Assembly (NCBI GenBank): GCA_038889235.1
Contig: JAWAHN010000003.1
Location: forward strand, 438,058-470,057
Reading direction: 5' to 3'
DNA length: 32,000 nt
From: Candidatus Jordarchaeales archaeon
Lineage (GTDB): Archaea > Asgardarchaeota > Jordiarchaeia > Jordiarchaeales > Freyrarchaeaceae
Positions 7,949 through 18,196 of this stretch are shown piece by piece; position 1 is the first letter of the stretch; every line of letters begins with the position of its first letter. A model generated the notes under the pieces. That model had not been told where the DNA came from. It did not search any database and was given only the letters and a program-made list of their open reading frames with translations. Both the position numbers and the translations under genes were made by a program.

Positions 7949-9381
7949 GGGGACGAGAGTTGAGCAGGCTTAGCGAGGTGTGCCAGCGAGTCCTCGAAAA
8001 AATAACGCCTACACGCGAGGAACGGGAGAGAGTGCTCAAGCTAGCCGAGGAAGTAATTCGGAGGATATCCAGGGAGGCTGAGGCTTTAGGAGTCGAGGTG
8101 AAGCCCATGCTTGTAGGCTCTATGGCGAAGGACACGTGGATTAAAGGGGACCAGGACGTGGACATATTCATGGTCTTCCCCCAGAAGTACGGCTTCGAGG
8201 AAATAGGAGAAATAGGTTTGAAGATCGCGAGGAGGGTCACCGGGGGGAAGGGGGAGGAGCAGTACGCCGAGCACCCCTATTTGAGGACTGAGATTGACGG
8301 TTACACGTTTGACCTCGTCCCGTGCTTCGAAGTCGAGGACGCCACAAAACTCCGCTCCTCGGTTGACAGGACACCGCTCCACACGCGCTACGTGCTAAGC
8401 CGAATGGACGAGAGACTTAAAGGGGAGACGAGGCTGCTCAAAGCTTTCATGAAGGGGGTGGGCGTCTACGGAGCCGAGCTGAAGGTCGGAGGGTTCTCCG
8501 GCTACCTCTGTGAGCTGCTAGTAATAGCTTACGGGTCGTTCGAGTCGGTTCTCAGGGCGGCGACGAGCTGGGGGAGCAGGGAGGTTATAGACGTGGAGAA
8601 GCACTACGATGACCCCGAGAGGCCGCGCAAGATGTTCAACTCCCCCCTCATAGTCATAGACCCCGTTGACCCGAAAAGGAATGCAGCTGCAGCAGTTACA
8701 CAGCAGAAGCTCAGCGAACTCAAGGCGGCCGCCGCAGCCTTTCTAGAGGAGCCGAGCGAGGTATTCTTCTTCCCCCCGAAGCCGAAGCCGCTGACCGCTG
8801 AGGAGCTCGCTGCCAAGATGAAGGAAAGGGGGACATCGATGATCTTCATCGAGTTCAGTACGCCGAGGATTCCGCCGGACAACCTTTGGGGGCAGCTCAC
8901 CCGTTCAATCCAAGCCTTGCATAACCTCTTGGAGAGAGAGGACTTCAGGGTGGTCTCGAAAGACGTGTGGTCGAGTGACGAGAAGACCATTTTCATCTTC
9001 GAGCTTGAGTCAAGGAGAATCCCCTCAGTCAAGAGGCACATCGGCCCCCCGCCAGCTTCCCCACACCAGAGGCGCTTCGTGGAAAAACACTTGGGCTCAC
9101 CTCGGACTCTTTCGGGGCCCAGAGTGGAGGGGGACAGGTGGGTTGTTGAGGTGAGGAGAAAGTACACTGAAGCCGACGCGCTGCTAAGGGACGCGCTCAG
9201 GAACCCATCACACATAGGGCTGGGGAGCTACGTGGCAGAAAAGATTTCCGAGTCGTTCTCGATCTACGTTGACGAGGAAATACTCGGCTTTTACTCGGAG
9301 AACAGGGATTTCCAAGAGCACCTCACACTGAAAATGATAGGTAGACCGAGGTGGTTGATGAAGGAGGAGGGCCAGCGCTAG
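7945..9381 (+). CDS. cca: Archaeal (class I) CCA-adding enzyme
   Basis: GSMAKDTWIKGDQDVDIF, YAEHPY, SVDRTPLH, GGFSGYLCELL, DPVDPKRNAAAA. Confidence 0.96.
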   Translation: MRGRELSRLSEVCQRVLEKITPTREERERVLKLAEEVIRRISREAEALGVEVKPMLVGSMAKDTWIKGDQDVDIFMVFPQKYGFEEIGEIGLKIARRVTGGKGEEQYAEHPYLRTEIDGYTFDLVPCFEVEDATKLRSSVDRTPLHTRYVLSRMDERLKGETRLLKAFMKGVGVYGAELKVGGFSGYLCELLVIAYGSFESVLRAATSWGSREVIDVEKHYDDPERPRKMFNSPLIVIDPVDPKRNAAAAVTQQKLSELKAAAAAFLEEPSEVFFFPPKPKPLTAEELAAKMKERGTSMIFIEFSTPRIPPDNLWGQLTRSIQALHNLLEREDFRVVSKDVWSSDEKTIFIFELESRRIPSVKRHIGPPPASPHQRRFVEKHLGSPRTLSGPRVEGDRWVVEVRRKYTEADALLRDALRNPSHIGLGSYVAEKISESFSIYVDEEILGFYSENRDFQEHLTLKMIGRPRWLMKEEGQR

Positions 9382-11486
9382 CTTAGCCTAGGCTTCTCAA
9401 AGTGCACGACTGGAAGCACACCGACACCGTAGCTGTAAACCTTAGCCCTCATAAACTCCTCGCTCGTAGGCTCGCCTTTCAGGGGGATTATGGCAGCCCT
9501 GACCGTCCAGCTGCCGGAAAGGTGCTCGAACTCGTTGTCTTTGAAAGTTGTCTCGGTCACGAAGAACGAGACCTCGCTCCTAGCGTCCTTAACCTCCTTC
9601 ATAGCCCTAACACCGCAGTCAGCTGCAACGAGGAAGCCAACGTCTCCGCTGAAGACCGCCGCCCAGTCATTCACCAGCAGGAACCTCTGCTTTCCCTTTT
9701 CAATCCTTACCTTACTGATGTAGCCCCCGAGCTCTCTCCATATCGTCCTCGGCCTGGGAAGACTTAGCACCAGTAGCTCAGCAGATCCGGAAAGCCTTCT
9801 GTGAACGCTTGCCTGCGTCTCGACCTCCAGCATGGGGAGCCCGTCGTAAACCCTGTACTTGTTCACAACTGTGGAGTGCTCAGATGGTTTAAACGTGGAT
9901 GTGACCTCGGCGTAGACCCCGCGCTCCCCCCTGTTGGTCACCTCAACCTTCACTTCGCCATCCGGCTTATCCCCCTCAAGCTTAAACCGCTGGGAAATGA
10001 GCGGGGCTTCACCCCCGTAAGTCACTCCTGCCCCTGGGCAGGATATGATTGACGGAAAGCCGCCGTCCAGCTTAACTTCGACCAGTCCGTTTGACAGCAG
10101 GTTCTCAGAGGCGTGGAGCACCCCCCTGCCACTTGAAGGGGTGCCCTTTGCGAGGGTTAGTGTGGCGGTTTCGTCTGCTCCCAAGCTGCCCGTTAAGGCC
10201 AGCACTCCCCACTTGAGGAAGCCGTCGGGGAAGAGCTTAGCCGCGATTAGGTCGCACGCGACCTGCTTTCCGTCTAGGTTGGCTGACAGCTCGCTCGGCT
10301 TGAAGAGACCCCTGTCGAACTCGACTTCAACCCTTAGAGGTGTCGGTGGCGTCGGGAATCCGTGGAAGTTGTAGAGAACTATCTGCCTTGCGCCTTCGGG
10401 TGGGCGCTTAAACCTCAACGTCTTCTCGCTGAGAATCGTGGAGGCTATGTTGGCTTTCTCGTAGGCGAGCCTCAACTCGTACTCTCCTTGGATTCTCTTT
10501 TCAGCCCTAGGGTTCCAGCCAAACTTGTCCGAGTTTTGCCCTAAGAGTAGCCAGTGCTTTGCTTCAGCTATCTCTCTTTCCTCGGTCTCGACGTTTAAGC
10601 CGGCGCTTTTTGCGCGCTTAAGCCACCACTCTGCCTTCGCTATTTCTCTGCGCGCCACCTCGTTGAGGGTCCAGAGGTGCTGGTCCCATGGGTCGCGGAG
10701 CCACATGCCATGATCATATACGCCTAGAGCCCATGTGGAGTCGAGCAGGTTTACGGTGACACCCTGAGGAGCCTTCTCCACTATCTCGCTCGCAAGGGCA
10801 AACCTTACGCCTTCCATCCCGCGGAGCGCCTCGACTATCGCTTTGAGGCGCGAGGGGTTAGCTATCTCGGCATCGTCCAGAATGGTTAAGCCGCCCCCAA
10901 GCTCCACGGCTTTCTTGACTACGTTGACGGGGTCTAGGAGGGATGAAACGTGGAGTATGAATGGCAGTTTCGCGCCGTCCTCGCCTTCGACGACGTGAAC
11001 CCTGAAGTCGCTTGACACTCTCTTGTCGAAATCGCTTACTTGGAGGTAGTTGAGGAGAAGGAATTTTACCCCCAGCCTCCTGAGCATGGAGGGGAGGAAC
11101 GGGTGGTATGCGCCCTCCTGGGCGAAGTAGCCTTGAGAAACGCGGCCGAACGCGCGCTTAAGCCCCTCCACCGCCATCTCGTGTTGAAAAGCGAACTCCT
11201 CCCAGGTGTGCATCGACGCCAAGCTGAAAGACCACGTGTCGAGTATGACTTCGAACTGGCCTCTCTTCACTCCCTCCCTTATCCCGTCCAGCACGTCTGG
11301 GGCAACCCTTTCGAGGAATGGGATGGTCTTCGACACCTCGACGTCCCATCCAATCCTAACGTCAGGGTTCTCCAGCGCGAACTCCAGGAGCCCCCTGTAA
11401 AGGTTTGGAAACCATCTCAAAACCTGTTCGTCGGTATATTCCGCATACCACATGTTCACGTGGAAGTTGAAGTTCACGAAGAACAT
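9378..11486 (-). CDS. Glycoside hydrolase family 57-like protein with C-terminal beta-sandwich domain
   Basis: FNFHVNMWYAE start, FLERVAPDV, FAQEGAYHP (nucleophile region), DDAEI, STWA, LLGQNSD; ATG start at 11486 preferred. Confidence 0.7.
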   Translation of the reverse strand: MFFVNFNFHVNMWYAEYTDEQVLRWFPNLYRGLLEFALENPDVRIGWDVEVSKTIPFLERVAPDVLDGIREGVKRGQFEVILDTWSFSLASMHTWEEFAFQHEMAVEGLKRAFGRVSQGYFAQEGAYHPFLPSMLRRLGVKFLLLNYLQVSDFDKRVSSDFRVHVVEGEDGAKLPFILHVSSLLDPVNVVKKAVELGGGLTILDDAEIANPSRLKAIVEALRGMEGVRFALASEIVEKAPQGVTVNLLDSTWALGVYDHGMWLRDPWDQHLWTLNEVARREIAKAEWWLKRAKSAGLNVETEEREIAEAKHWLLLGQNSDKFGWNPRAEKRIQGEYELRLAYEKANIASTILSEKTLRFKRPPEGARQIVLYNFHGFPTPPTPLRVEVEFDRGLFKPSELSANLDGKQVACDLIAAKLFPDGFLKWGVLALTGSLGADETATLTLAKGTPSSGRGVLHASENLLSNGLVEVKLDGGFPSIISCPGAGVTYGGEAPLISQRFKLEGDKPDGEVKVEVTNRGERGVYAEVTSTFKPSEHSTVVNKYRVYDGLPMLEVETQASVHRRLSGSAELLVLSLPRPRTIWRELGGYISKVRIEKGKQRFLLVNDWAAVFSGDVGFLVAADCGVRAMKEVKDARSEVSFFVTETTFKDNEFEHLSGSWTVRAAIIPLKGEPTSEEFMRAKVYSYGVGVLPVVHFEKPRLS

Positions 11487-11787
11487 GCAGAGACCTCCCT
11501 CACAAAGCCTTACTATTCCGGCGAACATCGTAATTAATTTTTTCAAGGACTGTGCTTCCAAGCAGATGCACGCCCTCGAAGACCGGGTTAAGGTTCTGGC
11601 GGCAGCACCGCGAACCTCGGCTCTCAGGAGAACAACGGAGGCTGCTACCGCCCTAGAGCCGTGAGTGTTGCGTGTCCCCCTTGAGGAAAAAAGTGGGGGT
11701 TGCGAGGGGTTAGGGTTTAAGGGGGCTTTAGTGCGTAAAGTTAAGTTGGAAGCCTAGTGGTCTATTGGTTTTCGGCTGCAGTTTGGG

Positions 11788-13032
11788 GTGGTCTTGTTGA
11801 GTGAGTCTGAGGCTTTCGCCGCCGTGGATGAGATGAGGGGTGAAGCCGTCCGCCTGCTCAGGGAGCTGGTGAAAATAGACACGGTTGTCCCCCCAGGGCG
11901 TGGCTATGGGGAGATGGTGGATTTCCTCGATCCAGTGTTCTCAGAGCTCGGTTTCAGAACGAAAAGGGTTGTCGTTCCGGAGGAGAAGGTTAAGCTCATC
12001 CCTTACCCCTTGGAGGGGCCACGCGTTAACCTTGTGGCGAGGAGGGAGGCGGACAAGCCCCCGCTCACCATATACGCTCACATGGACGTGGTTCCCGTCG
12101 AGGAGAAGTGGAGTGTACCGCCCTTTGAGGGAGTCGTGAAGGACGGCAGGATCTACGGGCGCGGCGTGGCGGACATGAAAGGGTTTATAGCAACTGTTGT
12201 GACTGCGTTAAGGGTGGTACACGAGCTGGGCTTAAAACCGAACTACGACATCACCTGCGTGATGTGCACCGACGAGGAGCTCGGAGTATACCCTGGAGTC
12301 TACTACTTGGTGGATAAGGGCTACGTGAGAGGGGACGTGATATGCGGCGAGCTAGTCCACGGCATCATAGGGGTCGGCTTCGCCGGGTCAGTCCACTTCA
12401 AAGTGAAGGTTAAGGGTAAGTCCGCGCACACCGGGATGTGGTGGACTGCCGTCAACGCCATCGAGAACGCGCTCCCAATACTCGAGGAGGTGGTGAAGCT
12501 TAAGGAGAAGCTGGTTGCACGGAGGTCAGAGGTGCCGACTGTGCCAACCCCCTTCGGGGACAGGCTGGTTCCAACAATCTCGGTCAACATGGTGCATGGA
12601 GGGGTCAAGGAGAACATAATTCCAGGAGAGTGCACTTTCTCCGTCGACAGGAGGTACATACCAGAGGAGGACGAGGAGGAGGTTGTATCCGAGTTTCTCA
12701 GGATTGTCGAAGCCGGCAAGGCTAAGAGCAAAGCCCTAGACGTGGAGGTAAGCACAGTTAAAGTTTACAAGCCGTTCAAGGTGAGCCCGGAGAGGCCTAT
12801 AGTGAGAAAGCTCGCGGAAGCCGTGAGGCACGTGACGGGGAGCCAGCCGGCGTTCATAGGAGTCGCCGGGTCGACTGACATGGGGTACGTCGCCCAGAAG
12901 GGGCACGACGTCGCAGTTATGGGCGTCGGAGACATATTCTCTAACTTCCACGGAGCGGACGAAAACATAAGGGTAGATGACATGCTCACGTACGCCAAGG
13001 AACTAATCTACCTAACATGCTTCCAACGATAG
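11788..13032 (+). CDS. M20 family metallopeptidase (ArgE/DapE-like)
   Basis: YAHMDVVP, GRGVADMKG, DEE, GKSAH, FHGADE. Confidence 0.92.
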   Translation: MVLLSESEAFAAVDEMRGEAVRLLRELVKIDTVVPPGRGYGEMVDFLDPVFSELGFRTKRVVVPEEKVKLIPYPLEGPRVNLVARREADKPPLTIYAHMDVVPVEEKWSVPPFEGVVKDGRIYGRGVADMKGFIATVVTALRVVHELGLKPNYDITCVMCTDEELGVYPGVYYLVDKGYVRGDVICGELVHGIIGVGFAGSVHFKVKVKGKSAHTGMWWTAVNAIENALPILEEVVKLKEKLVARRSEVPTVPTPFGDRLVPTISVNMVHGGVKENIIPGECTFSVDRRYIPEEDEEEVVSEFLRIVEAGKAKSKALDVEVSTVKVYKPFKVSPERPIVRKLAEAVRHVTGSQPAFIGVAGSTDMGYVAQKGHDVAVMGVGDIFSNFHGADENIRVDDMLTYAKELIYLTCFQR

Positions 13033-13131
13033 CAGCCCTAAAGCAGTCCAGGAGAAGGCTTCTGGAGAGTTTGGCGTCAAGTTGCCGGGGCCGCCTTGGG
13101 CTTAGAAGCGGCAAAAAAAGGGGAAGAGTGG

Positions 13132-13758
13132 TTACAGCGTGGCGTTCATGAACTGCGATATCTGTGGCATCAGGTTGTTTAGTACGGCTCCCGCCTCAGA
13201 CTGCCAGGAGAAGGCGAGGTACGCTATTATCGCCAGGCATACGCCGCAGAGGATGACGTTCACCGCGTGGTTATCGTAGCGCAGCTTGGCGATGCGAAGG
13301 TCTCTCTCGTGGTTCCATAAGAAGTCCCTTAAGCTTTCCTGCTTCCGCGGAAGTATGTATGGCAGGGTTCTTACGCCAGTGGGGTTAAAGGAGTCGATAA
13401 ACCAGTGTGAAAAGATCGCCGCAGCCGCTATGGCAAAGTATGGCTTAACGACTAAGCCTATCACCAGCGGCAACCATATGAGGGTGAGTATGCTGTGAAG
13501 TAGACCGCTCCTGTGCATCACCTTCTCTCTCTTCAACAGCTGGTCCAAGTCTGGCAGTATACCGAAAAAGCCACCTGCTGCTAGCGGCGGAACCGAACCT
13601 GAAAGAGCAAGTTGAACCTGCCACGTCGAACTGTACTTGTACAAGCTCATTAAGACCTGGAACTGGGAGAACAGTGTCCCCTTCAGTTCAGGAGATATGA
13701 AGGAAACCACGAGGGCGGCTGCAGTCGCTCCAACAATAATATGAGTGTACTTTTGCAA
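13132..13758 (-). CDS. Membrane-bound metal-dependent hydrolase (YdjM/DUF457-like)
   Basis: THIIVG, LPDLD, HRSGLLHS, SHWFIDSFNPTGV plus hydrophobic segments. Confidence 0.8.
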   Translation of the reverse strand: MQKYTHIIVGATAAALVVSFISPELKGTLFSQFQVLMSLYKYSSTWQVQLALSGSVPPLAAGGFFGILPDLDQLLKREKVMHRSGLLHSILTLIWLPLVIGLVVKPYFAIAAAAIFSHWFIDSFNPTGVRTLPYILPRKQESLRDFLWNHERDLRIAKLRYDNHAVNVILCGVCLAIIAYLAFSWQSEAGAVLNNLMPQISQFMNATL

Positions 13759-13759
13759 A

Positions 13760-14137
13760 TCACTTCCCTCCCTTCTTCACAGCTTTCCCTTCCTTCACTT
13801 TCCTCGCCTTTTCCTCTCCCTTCTTCTCAACTCCCTTCATTGCAGCCCTAGCCTCCTCCCGCCACCTAACAATCTGATCCTCGGAAATACCCTTTATCTC
13901 ACCGCCAAGCTTCTTTGGGTCCGCGTTAAGAAGGTCTCCGACAGTCCTTACACCATGCTTCCTAAGCAACTCAGCCTTCTTCGGCCCTATACCCTTGATT
14001 ATCTCTACAGGGGAGTTCAACGTCACCTTTCCCTTCGCCGTGACTTCCCCTAAGCCGAGCGCCGAGCCCACTACCGCTAGCAAAAGAGACAACCCTATAC
14101 ACACAAAGTAAACCAACAGTTGAGGTATATCAAACAA
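13760..14137 (-). CDS. Helix-hairpin-helix protein with N-terminal transmembrane segment (DUF4332-like)
   Basis: IKGIGPKKAELLRKHGVRTVGDLL HhH motif; hydrophobic N-terminus; Lys-rich tail. Confidence 0.7.
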   Translation of the reverse strand: MFDIPQLLVYFVCIGLSLLLAVVGSALGLGEVTAKGKVTLNSPVEIIKGIGPKKAELLRKHGVRTVGDLLNADPKKLGGEIKGISEDQIVRWREEARAAMKGVEKKGEEKARKVKEGKAVKKGGK

Positions 14138-14409
14138 CGCTCCCTAGCCTCCCAGAACACAAAGCTTTCCTCTAACCAAAGGCAGACCTAGCAATTCACT
14201 TATCTGTCTTATTATTTATTATCTGTTTTATTTTTTTACATATAATATTTGCCTTTTTTATAAATTAATTTACTCTTTTGGTGTTTTTGTGTGAGCTGCT
14301 GGGTGGCATTTTGGTGGTTGCTGAGGGCGGCTTTGCTGGTGTTTTCGATGGACCTAATTGGAAAATTTTTAATATGATTGCCGTCACAGGTTTCCGGGTT
14401 GGGGGGTTC

Positions 14410-15708
14410 ATGATGGGTGATGGTAGCATAATAGTTATCTCGGATTGCCACTTGGGCTTGGTTAGTGGTGGGAGAACGAAAGGTGTGGTTTGCGAGCCGG
14501 ACAAGCTTGGCCAGTTCTTGAGTTGGCTTATACGCTTGGAGAGGGGGGAGAAGTTCACTGTCGCACTGGGTCCCTGGGGTGGGGGTCGCAGTGAGAAGGT
14601 TCTGAAGGCGCCTGAGAAGGTGATCCTGCTCGGGGACATAGTGGAGCTGTGGGACGCCGCGGACCGTGAAGTTGACCAGTGTAGTAGGCCTATTTTCGAC
14701 TTGCTTGGGAGGATGAGATGCGAGAAGATTTACGTTTTAGGGAACCACGACTACGATTTGAAGTCGCTTGTCGGCACATATCCTTCTGGGGAGCAAACCT
14801 TGAAGATAGTTGAAGAATGCTACCCGGAGCAGGTGGAGGATGGGAGAGTGGTGACTTTGGAGAAGGGTGACAGGGGTTACTTGTTCGTCCACGGCTACCA
14901 GTTCGACAAGATATTCAGGTTTCACCCGTGGAAGTTACTGCCTGGAGTACGCTCGGGGGCTATAGCCTTCGGCAAGTACGGTGACGTCTTCGTCGCGCTC
15001 CTTGTAATCAGCGTTCTAGCGTGGCTACTGGACTACTTCGCGGCGCATCAAGCCGCCCTAGGCGCGACCGCACTCATCCAAACCCTGCTCTTGGTAGGTT
15101 TCCCGGCGCAGCTCGCCGCGCTAAGCCTTTTGAGCTTGTCAGGCTACTGGGCCACGTTGCACCCGGTTTTATCTGTCCTTGGCAACAGTGCCCTCATTTT
15201 ACTCTGGGCTATTCTGGGCGGCCCGCGAATAGTCTACCTTTACGGGAGGAGGGTTTGGAGCAGGCTGGTTGGAACAAGGTATAACCGCGAGGCCTCCATT
15301 AGGGGGCTCCGCTCTTGGTGGAGGAGGTTTTCCAGGGGGAGGGCTGTCGATGCCAAGAACTTAAGAGTAGTCTACGGGCACACGCACCTCATCGACATGA
15401 TCCCTCCCGAGGAGCTGGCCGCAGACATAGGTGTGAACGTCACAGCTCTAAACATCCCCGCGTGGGTTAAGGACTATACGGAGAAGCACAGGCAGAAGCT
15501 GCGTGCGGCGTGCCTTTACATAGACGACGAGGACGAACTCTTCATAGGGTGGGACTGGAACGAGAGGAGGCCCTTCCTAATCCCAGTGGAAGCGGTTTAC
15601 GAGAGGAGGAAAAATGGAAAGATATCCGAGGGCACCGCCGAAAAGCTTCTGAGCATCGGGTGGCCGAAGAGCATGGTTGACACCTGGCTGAAAGTGAAGA
15701 TAACCTAG
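14410..15708 (+). CDS. Calcineurin-like metallophosphoesterase with internal transmembrane insertion
   Basis: ISDCHLG, LLGDIVE, LGNHD, FVHG, YGHTH motifs; long hydrophobic block between HG and GHTH; ATG start at 14410 preferred. Confidence 0.85.
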   Translation: MMGDGSIIVISDCHLGLVSGGRTKGVVCEPDKLGQFLSWLIRLERGEKFTVALGPWGGGRSEKVLKAPEKVILLGDIVELWDAADREVDQCSRPIFDLLGRMRCEKIYVLGNHDYDLKSLVGTYPSGEQTLKIVEECYPEQVEDGRVVTLEKGDRGYLFVHGYQFDKIFRFHPWKLLPGVRSGAIAFGKYGDVFVALLVISVLAWLLDYFAAHQAALGATALIQTLLLVGFPAQLAALSLLSLSGYWATLHPVLSVLGNSALILLWAILGGPRIVYLYGRRVWSRLVGTRYNREASIRGLRSWWRRFSRGRAVDAKNLRVVYGHTHLIDMIPPEELAADIGVNVTALNIPAWVKDYTEKHRQKLRAACLYIDDEDELFIGWDWNERRPFLIPVEAVYERRKNGKISEGTAEKLLSIGWPKSMVDTWLKVKIT

Positions 15709-15769
15709 ATCGAGACATCCAACGAGGGGTGTTCAGCCGCCACGCTGCAGCTCAGGTAGCTGAGCCCTC

Positions 15770-16558
15770 TCACTCTTCCAGTATTGCTACAGCTCTACAC
15801 CAGCCGGCTGAGGCGCCTTTGACCTTCACCGGGAAGCATGCGAACTTGAAGCCGTAGGGCTTCCTGAGGACGTCGTAGAGGTAGTCGAGGTTGGCGAGCT
15901 TCTCTACGTGGACGCACTCTTTCAATCTTGCAGCGTAGTGCGCTTCCCAGATCACGCTGGCGTCGCCGGTCTTCTCGTACTCCTCTCTAATGACCCAGAA
16001 CGGCCTGTCCCATCCCCAGGCGTCTGTCCCCATAACCTTCACCCCGTGGTCTACGAGCCAAAGTGTCGCCTCCCCTGTCATCCCGCATCCCGCATTGAGG
16101 TACTCACGCGTCCCCCAAAGCTTGTCCGCGCCAGTCATTATCAGGACTATGTCGCCGGGCTTTAACACGTATCCTATTTCCTCCAGAGCACGCTTTAGGT
16201 CCTCCACGGTGACCCTTGAGCCTCGTGGCTTGTGCCTCATGTCAAGTATTACTCCATCCCCGTAGCACCACTCGAGAGGGACCTCGTCAATCCTCCTCGC
16301 CGGCTTCCCCTCAACTACTGGGGCGAAGTGCCAAGGAGCGTCCAGGTGCGTTCCATGGTGGGTTGAAAGATTGTTGAGGACGTCGTCAGCCCACCCGAGC
16401 CCGCCGGGTAACTCTTCCACCTTGCACCCGAAAACCAGGCTCATCAGAGCGGCGCCCTCCTCGTGCCCCTTGTGGATGACCTCGGGAGGAGAATACTCGC
16501 TTAGGGTAGGCTCTATCGGAACACTCAAGTCGACTATCCTAACTCTACCCAGGCGCAA
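15770..16558 (-). CDS. Cyclase family protein (kynurenine formamidase-like)
   Basis: HHGTHLDAPWHF, GDIVLIMTG, GTDAWGWD, EKLANL, RAVA. Confidence 0.9.
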   Translation of the reverse strand: MRLGRVRIVDLSVPIEPTLSEYSPPEVIHKGHEEGAALMSLVFGCKVEELPGGLGWADDVLNNLSTHHGTHLDAPWHFAPVVEGKPARRIDEVPLEWCYGDGVILDMRHKPRGSRVTVEDLKRALEEIGYVLKPGDIVLIMTGADKLWGTREYLNAGCGMTGEATLWLVDHGVKVMGTDAWGWDRPFWVIREEYEKTGDASVIWEAHYAARLKECVHVEKLANLDYLYDVLRKPYGFKFACFPVKVKGASAGWCRAVAILEE

Positions 16559-16732
16559 CCCCCCATTACCCTTAAGATCACCAGCGACAAGCCAATTGAA
16601 AAATTTTGTTTCAGCCTAACGGGCTGCTGCAGGTGTCTACACGTGCGGGCGCCGCTTAAACCTGAAGGTAAATTTTTTAAAAACATGGAATCCCTGTAAC
16701 AACGGCAGGTTACCCCTGCTTCTGGATAACCG

Positions 16733-17302
16733 GTGAAAGGTGAAGCAGGAATGGTGGAGGCGTACCGCGAGATAAGCTCCCATTTCAGGAAGGAGTTGGC
16801 CGAACTGCATGAGGAAGGGGCCTCGATCAACTACTGCTACCAGTGTGCGACCTGCTCCGGGATCTGCCCCGTGTTCAGGTATAATCCGAAGTACAATCCG
16901 AGGAAGCTTATAGAGGGCATGTTGACCGGCAGGAAGGAGGAGATGGTGAAGGACCCGAACATATGGCTGTGCACGGTCTGCCACAACTGCACCGAGGTCT
17001 GCCCTCAGGGTGTAAGGGTGAGCGAGCTACTAACCGTGCTCAGAAACCTTGCAACTAAAGCCGGGAACTTCCCGGACCACTTGAAGGCTGAAGTTAAGGT
17101 CCTAGTTGAGACCGGGCTCGTAAACGCCCCCTCTAAGGCGACAATCTCTAGAAGGGCTAAAATGGGGCTTCCGGAGCTAAAGACAGCTGACCCCGCCGAG
17201 ATCAAAGCCCTACTCGAACACTTGGGATTTATAGAATTGATGGCTAAAGGGGAAAAGAAAGAGGAGAAAAAGGAGGAGAGTAGCGGTGGCGGGCAACAGT
17301 AG
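16733..17302 (+). CDS. hdrC: Heterodisulfide reductase subunit C-like (copy 2)
   Basis: CYQCATCSGICP and WLCTVCHNCTEVCPQG; ATG at 16751 is an alternative start. Confidence 0.92.
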   Translation: MKGEAGMVEAYREISSHFRKELAELHEEGASINYCYQCATCSGICPVFRYNPKYNPRKLIEGMLTGRKEEMVKDPNIWLCTVCHNCTEVCPQGVRVSELLTVLRNLATKAGNFPDHLKAEVKVLVETGLVNAPSKATISRRAKMGLPELKTADPAEIKALLEHLGFIELMAKGEKKEEKKEESSGGGQQ

Positions 17303-18185
17303 TGGTTACGCGATGTTTTTAGGCTGTGTTATACCCAACCTCTTACCGCACCTCGAAATATCCATCAGGAAAGTTTTTAGCAGGCTTGACGTAGAAGTGA
17401 AGGACATCGCCGGCTTCTCATGCTGCCCCGAGCCAATAGGTATACCGGGACTAGACATCACAACGTGGGTGGCGCTGGCGGCGAGAAACCTGTGCGTGGC
17501 TGAGGAGGCGGGCTTGGACATAATCACCTTCTGCAACGGTTGCTTCGAGACGCTTAAGGAGGCTAAGGTGCTGCTCGAACACGACGCCAAGCTGAGGAGC
17601 AAGGTTGCCGAGGCCCTCTCAAAGATTGGAAGAGAGTACAAGGGGAGGGTTGAGGTCAAACACTTCGCCCAAGTGCTCTACGAGGACGTTGGACCCGCGA
17701 AGCTCAGGAGCTACGTCGAGAAGCCGCTTAAAGGCGTGAGGGTTGCAGCCCACTACGGGTGCCACATTCTCAGGCCAAGCCACCTGCTCCAAGTGGACGA
17801 CCCGTTCAACCCCGTCCTGCTCGACGTGCTCGTCGAGGCCACTGGAGCGGAGAGCGTGGACTACTTCAGGAAGTTCCTATGCTGCGGGTGCGGTGTAGGC
17901 AACTTGGACGAGAACACTAACGTTAGAATGGTCATGGAGAAGCTCTACTACATGACGCAGGCTAAGGCTGACTGCATGACCGTGCTCTGCCCGGTCTGCT
18001 TCAGGCAGTATGACGTAAGGCAGATGATCATCAACAAAACTTACGGGACGAACTACAACATACCAGTGCTCTACTACACTCAGCTCCTCGGGCTCGCCAT
18101 GGGTATGACCCCGGACGAGCTTGAGCTCAAGTCTAATAGGACGAAGGTCGACCCATTGCTTGCGAAGATTGAAGGAAAAGTGTAG
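17286..18185 (+). CDS. hdrB: Heterodisulfide reductase subunit B-like (copy 2)
   Basis: FLGCVIP, SCCPEP, TFCNGC, HYGCHILRP, LCCGCG, VLCPVC. Confidence 0.93.
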   Translation: MAGNSSGYAMFLGCVIPNLLPHLEISIRKVFSRLDVEVKDIAGFSCCPEPIGIPGLDITTWVALAARNLCVAEEAGLDIITFCNGCFETLKEAKVLLEHDAKLRSKVAEALSKIGREYKGRVEVKHFAQVLYEDVGPAKLRSYVEKPLKGVRVAAHYGCHILRPSHLLQVDDPFNPVLLDVLVEATGAESVDYFRKFLCCGCGVGNLDENTNVRMVMEKLYYMTQAKADCMTVLCPVCFRQYDVRQMIINKTYGTNYNIPVLYYTQLLGLAMGMTPDELELKSNRTKVDPLLAKIEGKV

Positions 18186-18196
18186 GAGGAGAGCTG

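Noticed and set aside
11596-11656. Imperfect GC-rich hairpin upstream of the GH57-like gene
   Set aside because: No recognisable RNA family features; such hairpins are common at this GC content.
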